The position numbers were made by a program, and so were the translations under genes. The notes below the pieces were generated by a model. The model saw nothing but the letters and a program-made list of their open reading frames with translations. It was not told the origin of the DNA and made no database searches. A DNA stretch of 29,108 bases from Gemmatimonadota bacterium (GTDB taxonomy: Bacteria; Latescibacterota; UBA2968; UBA8231), in NCBI GenBank assembly GCA_038128265.1, contig JAYPJE010000001.1, positions 128,582 to 157,689 of the forward strand, given 5' to 3'. Shown here piece by piece: positions 8,720 to 18,600 of this stretch (the stretch's first letter is position 1; every line of letters starts with the position of its first letter).

Positions 8720-9358
8720 CTACTGTTCGGAATCGCTCTTCTGTTTGAACAACTGTTCCCACTCGTCGACTTCACGCTCGTCCAACGCCAGGTCGGGATC
8801 GAGCTCCCGCGCGCGCCGTGCCGCGTTGCGCTTTGGCTGCGCACGCCGCGTCGGCTGCTGGAAGACCTTGGCCAATTCGTCTACCTCGTTGCGCTCGGGC
8901 GCCCAGTGCGGATCGGATCCCGGATCGACGTCCTCGGCCCGGTCGGCGCGTTGGACCGGGCGCTCCAACTCCTCGGCAAAGGTCGGCGAATCGACAAAGG
9001 CAATATTGTGCCGCGCGGCAAAGCGCTGAATTTCTCGGTCCGATGTGACCACGCGCAGCCAGCGCGCGCCGTGTTTGCGCTCTACCGCTTCCATAATAAG
9101 GTCGTCGGCTTTTTGTGGACGACGAGAGAAAAATATATCTATGTTGCCGCGTTGTTGGTAGTCCGCATAGCCGATTTCGGGATCGCCGTCGTAGTAGATA
9201 GACACCCGCAGGTCACCGCGCTTGGCATGAGCTGACAGCACGGCCTCGATGTGGTCGCGCGCGGCCGCTAAACTCTGGTTCTGCGTTTCGCTGTAGAGCG
9301 GGACGCATTTAATCAGATTGTATCCGTCAACCAGGATATGTGGGCGTTGCTTGGCCAT
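8720..9358 (-). CDS. NYN-domain (YacP/Rae1-like) ribonuclease
   Basis: ILVDGYNLI, YYDG, ADDLI, VVTSDREI acidic PIN/NYN motifs. Confidence 0.85.
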   Translation of the reverse strand: MAKQRPHILVDGYNLIKCVPLYSETQNQSLAAARDHIEAVLSAHAKRGDLRVSIYYDGDPEIGYADYQQRGNIDIFFSRRPQKADDLIMEAVERKHGARWLRVVTSDREIQRFAARHNIAFVDSPTFAEELERPVQRADRAEDVDPGSDPHWAPERNEVDELAKVFQQPTRRAQPKRNAARRARELDPDLALDEREVDEWEQLFKQKSDSEQ

Positions 9359-9375
9359 GGGAGCGTATCGCTTTT

Positions 9376-11235
9376 CTATGCGCGCTCGCTTAGGGCAATG
9401 CCCGTGCGGTTAAGGCGGTATGACACGACGCCGCTCTTGGCGTAGGCCGCCACCTTGCGCAGCTCGTTGAGCTGTTTGCGCAGCGCCTCTTCGCAGCCTG
9501 CTCGCGCTATGAGCAGGGCAAAACCGCCGCCGCCCGCACCGGTAATGAGGCCCCCTTCGCTCAGTTCGCGCATGGAGGGGTGTTCAAATAGGTGCTGTAG
9601 CGTTTCGCTGGTGGCGCCGGCATCGAGCGTGCAGCGCAGCTGCCAATAGCGCGTGGCCAGCTGACCGAGCTGGGCGTAATCGGCCTGGCGCAGGGCTTCG
9701 ACCATGCGATCGTGAATGTCGAGCGATTCGCGAATGGCCGGATAGCGCTTGGGGTCGCGCGTCAGATAGGCATCGAGCACCTCGTTGAGTCCGCGCGTTG
9801 CACCGCGCGATATGCCGGTGTCGAATAGCACGACGCGCTCGGCAAAGAGCGCTTCATCGATACCGCTTATAAACTGGCGCTCTGGTGTGGGTAGGCCGTC
9901 GGTCGGCGGCGCGTAGAAGTCCTTGATGGCCGATGGGCCACCGCAGGCACCGCGCGCATCCTGCCACCCGCTGTTGAGGCCGAAGCTCTGTTCGAGCAAT
10001 ACGCTCTGGTCGTAGAGACCGGGATACTCGCTTTCGGCCCTCGCATAGGCGTGCCCCGAAAGTCGGTAGAGCATTTTGAGGACGGCGGCGGCTAAGATGC
10101 TGCTCGTGCCCAGGCCCGAGCCCTGCTGCACCTTGCTGCTGGTGACCAATTCGAGTCCGCCGCCGCCGGTAAAGGCGGCGACGTCGTCCAGTATATTGTC
10201 CGAGTTGTCGCGGACGATGCCGATGTGCACCAGCGCCTGCTTGACCAAGCGCAGGGCCTCATCGCCGCCGCGCCGGTAGGCGAAAAATAGCTTGCTCTGC
10301 GTGGCGGCATCGCCCTTGTTGCTGGCCTCGAAATCGGCTTTAAAATCCATCGAAAGCGAACGCAAAATGAGTTTGGGCTCGGCTAGGCGCCGCGCTCTGA
10401 CCGTCAGCGGCGGCGAGGCGTGTTCCTCGCCTTCCCTCTGCAGGTCGATGCCGATGTTTAGCGTCTTGCCTCCCTGCTCTTTGCTGCGCATGTGGTTGTC
10501 GGAGGCATTGGCGCTGGAAATGCCGATGCGCAGCGGCGATTCGACGAGGAACGTGCGGTTAAAATCGTCCTCTACCATGCGCGGGGCCGCGTCGCGCTCC
10601 TCGCCTAGCGCCGCTAGGCTGCGCCGCAGATCGATGCGCTGCAGCTGGTTGATGCGCGCTTCGTATGCCTCGGCTAATTGGTCGTAGGCCTTATCCTCTT
10701 TGAGTTTGGCAATGGCTTCGCCGTCGATGCGGCAGGAGGGCGCAGAGCGCCGGCGCCAGGCTCTGGCGTCGATCTGCATGCGGCCGTATAAATCGGCCAA
10801 AATGCGCGCGGTGCGCATGCCGCGCAGACGGCGCTTGGAATCCTGCTGCTTGTCGATGTAGGTGCTGAGCGCTTTGATTGTGGCAAAGAGCACTTTGGGA
10901 TCGTCGTCCGGCAGCAGGCGGAGAATCTGGCGGTGATCTACATCGGCCTGTGCGTCGACGGCGTCGACGGCGACCTTGGGCAGTTCGCGCTCGACGGCAT
11001 CGGCAAACAGCTGGGTCCAGGTCTCGGGGGTCATAACCGAAAAGAGATGGTCGATCGCCGCGTGCGTTTGCAGGTGGCTGAGCAGGCCGTCGTTGAGCAA
11101 GAGGTGACGGATAAACTGGCGGCGTTCGTCGCGGCTGCTCTGCCCGCTGCGCACGCTCTCCACGATGCGATCAATGAGTTCGGTCGCCTGTTCGGGGTGT
11201 GCTACAGCCGCGAGTCGTTTGAGGTATTCGTCCAT
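9376..11235 (-). CDS. GHMP-family sugar kinase (fucokinase/HddA-like) with unknown N-terminal helical domain
   Basis: Start re-called at ATG 11235 (MDEYLKRL). SPLRI, QGSGLGTSS (ATP loop), LEQ...SGWQD, TGAGGGGF. Confidence 0.8.
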   Translation of the reverse strand: MDEYLKRLAAVAHPEQATELIDRIVESVRSGQSSRDERRQFIRHLLLNDGLLSHLQTHAAIDHLFSVMTPETWTQLFADAVERELPKVAVDAVDAQADVDHRQILRLLPDDDPKVLFATIKALSTYIDKQQDSKRRLRGMRTARILADLYGRMQIDARAWRRRSAPSCRIDGEAIAKLKEDKAYDQLAEAYEARINQLQRIDLRRSLAALGEERDAAPRMVEDDFNRTFLVESPLRIGISSANASDNHMRSKEQGGKTLNIGIDLQREGEEHASPPLTVRARRLAEPKLILRSLSMDFKADFEASNKGDAATQSKLFFAYRRGGDEALRLVKQALVHIGIVRDNSDNILDDVAAFTGGGGLELVTSSKVQQGSGLGTSSILAAAVLKMLYRLSGHAYARAESEYPGLYDQSVLLEQSFGLNSGWQDARGACGGPSAIKDFYAPPTDGLPTPERQFISGIDEALFAERVVLFDTGISRGATRGLNEVLDAYLTRDPKRYPAIRESLDIHDRMVEALRQADYAQLGQLATRYWQLRCTLDAGATSETLQHLFEHPSMRELSEGGLITGAGGGGFALLIARAGCEEALRKQLNELRKVAAYAKSGVVSYRLNRTGIALSERA

Positions 11236-11273
11236 GGGTATTTTCGTTTTCCGTGAGAAGGGGCCTGTGCGAG

Positions 11274-12686
11274 CTATGCGACGCGCGCGCGCAGGCCATT
11301 CCACAGCGTTTCGCTTACGCCGGCTTTGCCATCGCCCATTCGCTGCGCGTGGCACAGGCCTGCCGGCCTGGGGTTGGCCTCGAGGAGGACGGCGCAGGGG
11401 CGTCCCGCTGCGACATCGACTACGAGGTCAATGCCGACCAACAGCAGGTCGGCAAAGAGGGCCGCTGCGCGCTCGGCGCGCTCGGCAGTTTCGCGCCAAA
11501 AGGCGCAGTCCAGCTCAATGGGCTGCCAGGCGTCATCGCAGCGATAGAACAGCCGGTCGCGCAGCGTCGCAACAGAGGCGATGCGCCCGCCCCTGCCGCG
11601 CGAGGCAGGGGCCCTGTCGTGGGCACCTAGCTGGGCGTAATGCGAGTCCGCCCGGGGCCCAGCGCACGTGCCTACGTTGATGCGCAGGGCCAGCGTGCGC
11701 ACGGGACCCTCCTGACCGTCTCTAAAAAAAACGCCGTCTCGTCTGGCCTGCAAGAGCGCGCCAGCGCCGCTGGTGCGCTCTCCCGCGTAGGCCATCCAGT
11801 CGCCGGTGCTGTCCACGTAGGCCACGTCGCGTCCCTCGCTGGCATCGTTTGGCTTGGCCACGGCGCGGGCGTGCTGCTCGATAAAGGCCCGGGCGCTAGC
11901 GCCGTCGTCGACGGAGAGGAAACGGGTGGCCGGCACTTCGAGACCGCAGCGATTCCAGGCCGCCGTCGTGGCCGCTTTGTCGTCTGCCAGTTGAGCCCCG
12001 TCCCACGGGTTGACCTGCGGTACTTGCAGGCGCGCCGACCACGCCCTGTGCAGAGCCTGTTCATCGCTTCCCATGCAGAGAAAATGGGCGCTGTCGATGG
12101 GCAGCGGTGTCTCCAAAGGGGCTTCGACAAAGCGCTGTCGGTCTAGATCAAAAAAAATGGCACGGCGCGCGCAGTTGTCGTCGTCAATCCAGTCGACGTG
12201 CACGCCCAGCACGTTAAAATGCGCCCGCCCCAGCGCCGCCGAATCGGCGCTAAAGGCGTCGACGACTAGCGGGTAAAGTTCGTGCGTAAAAAGCGTGGGG
12301 GCTGCGCATACGACGGCGTGATTATGCGCACCGGACAGCAGTTGGCGCAGGTGCTGTCCGCTCACCGCGCGAGTTGTTATGCAGAGTTCGGGTGCCAGGG
12401 GTTCGCTCATGCGGGCATCGCGTGCCAATTCGATGAGGCGCCGGCGGAACGGGGCCGAGTGGGCAAGCGCCTGGCGCGCGTCGCCCGCGTCGACTGCTGT
12501 CGACCAGTCCCACTCTGCACAGAGGGCGTCAAGCGCGCACTCACCGTCGTCTTCTGCATCGCCGAGGGCATCGGCTAGAGCGTATTTAAAGGCGACGCTG
12601 AGCTCCTCGTCGCGCAGTCGCGCACCGGGGTCGAGTCCGAGCGCGCGTGCCGCGCGCGCGCAGGCTGCGAGACTACGGACGCGCAT
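11274..12686 (-). CDS. ATP-grasp domain protein (RimK-like ligase fold)
   Basis: NP...LADDKAAT...GLEVPAT, AVAKPNDASEGRDV, LLQ, VGIDLVV, LLEANPRPAG. Start overlaps the stop of the giant ORF. Confidence 0.75.
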   Translation of the reverse strand: MRVRSLAACARAARALGLDPGARLRDEELSVAFKYALADALGDAEDDGECALDALCAEWDWSTAVDAGDARQALAHSAPFRRRLIELARDARMSEPLAPELCITTRAVSGQHLRQLLSGAHNHAVVCAAPTLFTHELYPLVVDAFSADSAALGRAHFNVLGVHVDWIDDDNCARRAIFFDLDRQRFVEAPLETPLPIDSAHFLCMGSDEQALHRAWSARLQVPQVNPWDGAQLADDKAATTAAWNRCGLEVPATRFLSVDDGASARAFIEQHARAVAKPNDASEGRDVAYVDSTGDWMAYAGERTSGAGALLQARRDGVFFRDGQEGPVRTLALRINVGTCAGPRADSHYAQLGAHDRAPASRGRGGRIASVATLRDRLFYRCDDAWQPIELDCAFWRETAERAERAAALFADLLLVGIDLVVDVAAGRPCAVLLEANPRPAGLCHAQRMGDGKAGVSETLWNGLRARVA

Positions 12687-15600
12687 CGCCTGCGCGACGC
12701 AGGGCGGCTACATAGTCTTCGCCCGCTTTGGTCAAGTCGGATAGCACGATGCGCGCCTGCTGGCCGATGGCATCGGCGTCGACCGCTCGCCCTGCGGCAT
12801 CGGCCGCCTGTTCTTCGAGAACGGCCTCGCGCAGCGCGACGCGATCCCACAGCCCTAGGCCGATATTGGGTTCGACCAGCACGACGCGCCAATCGCGGAT
12901 ACGGGCGGGAAAGGTCTGATCGCCGCGACGCAGCACATACTGTGAGCCGCTGCGCTGGCCGCGCTCGTCATACTGCGGCTGTATGTCGACCAACTCGCCT
13001 TCGCTGTCAAAGACGGGGGCGACTAAAAAGTCGAGCATCATGTAGCGCGGGTTGCCGTAGGATACGCCGGATAGGTCGCGTCCAACGCGGGCGCCCGTCT
13101 CCTGCAGGTAGGCTTCCGCCGTGCGCGCCTCGTAGGCGGCCAGCGCTTCCATGACGCGGGCGCCGGCTTCGGCCAGCTTGGCAAAGAGCGCTTCGCGGTG
13201 CACCTCCTGCACTATATCGGGCAGGAACAAGTCGAGGTTGCCGCCGCGCCCGACATTGGTAACCAGCTGCTTGCTGTTAAGGGTAATCCAGTGCGATATA
13301 TGCCATTTGTCGGCGGTGTTCTCGGCCTGGGGTGCGTCGGTCGACAGAATGATGCGATGCGATCCGTAGATGCTGGTGCGCGGGCGGCGCTGGCGGTCGA
13401 CAGAGCTACCCCAGTCGACGATCTGGCGATCGACAAACGAACGCATAAAGTCTTCTGTTGCCCAGTATTCGGGCGAGGAGACGACGACCTCCTGAATGGA
13501 GACGTTGTTTTTGAGTGCGATCTGATAGGTGAAATCTACCGCTTCGCGCATGGCCTCATCGTCTAGGCTGCCGTCGACGCGGCGCAGGACAAAGACGCTC
13601 ATGCCGCGCCCGCCTGAACCCGCTGCGTCTTTGACGATGGCGATGCGATGCTGGCGGGCAAATTCGGCCAGCCCCGGATAGGGCGTGCCCTCCCGGCCGC
13701 GCTCGATCCACTCTTTGACTTGCGCCTCGCTAGCGCCCTCGCCATAGCGACTCAGCCAATCGATTTCCGCGGGAATTTCCACGCCGGAAGACGGCGGGAA
13801 GATGTCTGGGTATTTGGCCTTGTCGTAGGTGGTCCAAGTGTGGAAGCGCGACTGGATTGTGTAGGGCAGCCCGCATGCTTCGAGCTGGCCCTCGTCGTAC
13901 GATGGGTCGCCGTGAAATGGATAGATCAGGGCCGCCAGCACGGGGCGCGTGAAAGCGGCGGCCACGCGAATGCCCTTGGCCGGCACGGCCGATGCACGCC
14001 GCGCCGCTTCTTCAGCGGAGAGGCCTTTGTGGCGCTGCAGCGCCTGGGCATAGGTCTCGGCGTCGATGTAGAAGTGACCGCTGGCTACGCGCACCGTCGG
14101 CGGCTGACCGTCGGCCATTTCGATATAGCGGCTGATGATGAGGTTGGCTCCCGCGCGGCCCTGGTCGCGCAGCTGGCGACACAGCGTCGGTCCTTCGCCC
14201 AAGGCGCGCGAGTAGTGCGTGCGGCCGACGGGCACGGCAAAAATGTGGTTGACGCGGTGCTCGGCGTCGATCAGTTCGGGGTCGAACTGGCTAAAGATCT
14301 CTGGGATGGGAAAGCCGTCATTGCGGATAAAAGCCAGTTCGCGCAGCTGTCCGTAGGAGCGCCACAGATGCTCGGCTGGACTCGCTGCACCGGCGCCGAT
14401 GGCCTCTATGGCCTGTCCATCGAGCCAGTTTCCCAGCAGCAGGTCTTGCTCCTGCTGGGACAGCGCGGCTACCTCGCTGCAGGTGCAGACGACGGTGCGC
14501 AGGTAGCGGTAGAGCCAGGCGTGGTGGTGCGCTGCCAGCTGGTAGAGCGCCTCGCCCTCGACGTGGTCAAAGCCAATGCCGCGGTCAAAGATCCACGGGC
14601 GGTAGGGATAGAAGTGGTCGTTGATGGTTTCGGCAAAGAACTCAGCTAGCCCGCGCCAGAGCGCCTCGGTATCGCGCTCTTCCGCGGGTGCATGAGTAAA
14701 TGCGATGGTTGTTTCAATCGCATAGAGGCTGTAAAAAAGCGCACCGGCGCGGGCGATCATATCGAGGCGACGGTCGTGCTCGGCCTGGGTGATGTGCGCA
14801 CCCTGTCGCAGCTCGACGGTGCGCTGGGCCAGCCTGCCCAGATCGCCAATGTCCTCGTAGCCGCCGGCGATGGCGCGCCAGTTTTCTTCCTCGATCTGAC
14901 GGCTGGCAAAGAGGGCCGATATGCGTTCGATAAACCCCTGTGCGACCTCGGGATGTTCCTCGTCAAAGAGGTGACTGGCCAGCGCAAATAGGGCGTTGCG
15001 CGCGTGCCCGCAGAAGGTGCCAAAGGCCGCTTCGCTCGGCGCCGTTGCACCGTCGCCGAGCGCGTCGTCGGCCGCAGTGCAGGCCGCGTCAAAGGCGATG
15101 TGCTGCGCATCGACAGCGTCAAAGGCGCTCTGGCGCTCGTTGAGCGCGCGGGCCAGGGCGATGCGCTCGGCCAGCTGGCGCCGCGCTTCGATGGCGATGG
15201 TTGGACTCTCTTCGGAGGCCTTGTTGGAGCTCTCGATCCCCTTTTCTTCGCGAAACTCTTCGGCGCGCGGCTGAAAGCGCGCGTGCAGCAGCGCACTGAG
15301 TGGACGCTGTGGGTCGGGCGGTGCGCTGTTGGTCAGGGCGGCGACAGCTGCTTCAACGCGCTGGCGATAGGTGCGAATCTCGGACTCGGGCTGGCCGTCG
15401 AGCAGGAAGAGGCCGCCTAGGGCGAGAAAGGTCTCGAAGTCGAGCGCATCCAGTTCCAGTCCGCGGCCGATCCCGGCTAGCAGGCGCGCGATGTGGCGGT
15501 CGCGTTCGCGGTCGCGGCCAAAGCGGTGCAGCTTGGCCGCCTCGTCCAGCTGCTGTTCGACCTCCTGTTCCTGCCGTATTTCGTCGCGAATCTCGTCGTA

Positions 15601-18600
15601 GATGAGGCGGGCGTCCGCCGGGCGGTTCTCAACTAGGGCATGGCCCAGCGCCTCTGCGCGGCGACGGCGACGGCGCATGGCCGCGCGCCACGATTCGATG
15701 GTCTGACCCCCTAGGCCGATGCTGGCGTATACGCTCTCGCGCTGGCGATTGTCTCCGGCGGCAAAAAACAGCATGACGTCAAAGCGGTTCATCGCACGGC
15801 GGCGTGCACCGGAGGCCCCGTCGACGATGACCAGCGCGCTGTGCGGATTGCCCTCCAGCATCAGGTCGCAAAGGTGGGCCGGATTTTCTAGCAGGTCGAG
15901 CAGCTGGCGATGGGGAATGCCCGCGTCGAGCACGTCGGCGCCCTGCAGCGCGCGCTCGTAGTCGTATTCCGGGCCGACGGTAGCCAGGTGTAGGGCGTGC
16001 AGACGGCCGCCCAACTCCTCGCACAGGGCGCGCTTGGTCTGGTCATCAATCGGCGCGCGGTGGGCCCAGCGCGCCACGTCGGGGCCGTAAACCTGCATAT
16101 TGGCCTCGATTTCGCTCTCGCCAAAGCCGCATGCCAGCAGGCGGCGCTCGGCGTCGGCGGCTATTTCCTCCAGGCGCGTATCGCTGGTATAGGACAGCAG
16201 GTCCTGCGTGGACAGGCCGGTAGGCGATACGACGCGCATTTGGCCGGGCGGCGCGTAGGCGGGAAAGATGGCACAGAGGCGCTCTTCGTCCAGCGCGCTG
16301 GGGTCGCCACCGAGCAGCTCGACGATGCGCTGGCCGCGTCCGCGCGCTTTGAGTGCGGCATAGCCCTCGCCCGTCAGTGCGGCCAGCTCTTGGCCCTCGC
16401 TGTCGAGCGAGTAGAGCAGATGCTGACCCGTGCCGGCCATGATTTCAAACTTGCGCATGCCGGCGGCAAAGCGGCCGTCCTGGGTGTCGGGTTTGTACTC
16501 GGCGGCCAGCACGGCGACAAAGCGCGCCGTGTCGATCGGCACGTGCGGATGGCGCCGCGCTGCTTCGACGACGGCCTGGCGCAGCAGCCAGGTCTTAAAA
16601 AAGGGCATAAAGCGGTTCACGTGCTCGCCGCCTGCCACCATCTTGTGAATGCCCCAATGCGCCGCCAGGCTGGTCATGACCCTGTAGGGATCGCGCAGTT
16701 CGGGCTGACCGAGGCCGTCGAGCACGCCGGCCACGCGCGTGAGGTGAAAAATAGAGGAGGTTGCGTCGATGTGCTGCTGCAGATAGTCGGCCGCCCACTG
16801 CTCCCACTCAAAGTGGGTGGCGTATTGGTCGCGCTGGGCCAGCACGTCGTGGGCCAGCTGGACGGCGCGCTCGTGCTGGTCTTCGGGCAGGCCGATTTGG
16901 CGCAGCTTTTCGCCGCGCGTCAGGGTGAGGACAAATTCGAGAAAGAGCCCGTCTTTGGGCACGCAGTAGCCGCCGTAGCCCTCGCCGGCCGGGTGAATGA
17001 GGCGATCGCGGCGCCGGCTCATCTGGTCGCCCATTTCCTCTATGTCGCCGTGTCCGGAGGCCGTCGTCATCAGCGAGAGGGCGTTGGAAAAGGCGAAGTG
17101 CGAGCTCATTGAAGCGTTCTCGCCCGTTTTGAGCAGCTCGGGCTGAGTCAGGCTCTCGTAGCTTTGCACCGACTTGTTGATCAGGCCGTAGATGCGCCGG
17201 CCGACGCGGGCGGCGGCCCGATCAGCGCCGCCGACCCACTGCGACCAAGTTTCGACCGACTCGCGTTCGCGGTGGCCCAAGTCGACGCGGCTGGGCGTGT
17301 ACAGCAAGTGGTAGCGCTTGTTGGCGCCGCTGGCCTGGTAGTAGTGGAGCGGGTGTAGGGTGCGATGGGCCAGGCCGTGCTCGGCGACGATTTCCTTGCG
17401 CGCGGTAGTTTTGGCCAGGCGTCCGTAGCGGCGCAGAAAGCTGTCGGCGCGCTGGCTCAGGCCTAGGGTTGAATCGGCTGCATCGAGGTCTTCGAGGACC
17501 TGCTGACGCGCGGCAAAGCGCGCGTAGGTCTCGCGGTCCTGGCGGTAGTCGGCATCGGCGTCGACGACGGCGCGCAGGGCCTGGCGTGCGTCGCATCCGG
17601 GATGGGCGGCGGCGTAGGCGGCGACCGCGCTCTGCAGCGCCTCTCCGTTACGGCTGACGACGTGGTCGAGTGCGCGCTCGCGCAGGGCATCACCCTCTCG
17701 CTGTAAGTGCTCTTCTACCAGCGTCGGTTCGCTCAGCGCGCCACTGAGCAGGGCACCCGCCTGCTGCTCCTGATGGGCGACGAGCACGCCGAGGGTGGCC
17801 AGTTCGCGCTGTACGCGCCCGTTGCCGCCAATGACGCGGCGCAGTGCCGCACCTTCGGAAATCTGCTCGCGCGAAGCGAGCTCTTCGACTTCGACCCAGA
17901 TGCCCAATTCGCGCACGATATGGCGACCCAATTGGGCGATGCGCTCGGCGTAGAAGCGCTGGCGCTCCTCCACCTGGGGGTGCAGGTCGAACTGGCTGAC
18001 GACGTTGTAGAGCGCCATGGACTCTTCTAACCAGGTGCGTATATAGCCTTCCGTCATGCCGGCCGACTGCGTTGTCAGCACGTGCAGCGTGGGCAGCGTC
18101 GGGCGCGGTGCAAACGCCTCGCAGTGGCGCTCCTGCCACGCGGCTGGATTGCACGGTAGGTTGAGTGATGTGGCTACCCCATCTACGGCATCCGACCACG
18201 ATAGGCCGCTCTCGCGCAGGGGGCGCAGTGCCGCCAGTGCGGCGTGTTCGTCTTCGATGAAGATGCGTCGAAGCGCCGCGTAGGGCTCGATGTCTTCGCG
18301 CTCAACAAGCTGGTGGACGGCCGCGCCGTCGCGCGCGTACAGTGCGTCGAAGAGGGATGCCAGGGCCAGCACTTCTGCGTCGCTGGCCCTTTCCTGTGCG
18401 CGGGCAATAAGATCGCTGTCGGTGCCGCCGCGGCCGGCGATCCATTCGCGCGCTAGGGCGATCAGCTCGCTCTCCAGCACGCGGCGTATATTGCGCGCCC
18501 AGTGGTCGGCCATTTCCTCGCGAAAGGATTCTTCCATGCCGGCGATGTCGACGACGGTGCGCGTCTGCTCGCGTCCATTCACGACCGAAACCTGCTCTTT

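Noticed and set aside
4840..11355. ORF-track upstream starts at 5580, 6007, 7167 and 11355 (also 24663 and 26119)
   Set aside because: The extensions mostly overlap neighbouring genes or add non-homologous sequence; downstream starts fit RBS position and family N-termini better.
13648..17112. Long plus-strand ORFs (13648-14649, 15997-17112) and other antisense ORFs such as 27735-28814, 8363-9235, 5099-5890, 4114-4851
   Set aside because: They are shadow frames of real genes in high-GC DNA and have no recognisable motifs.
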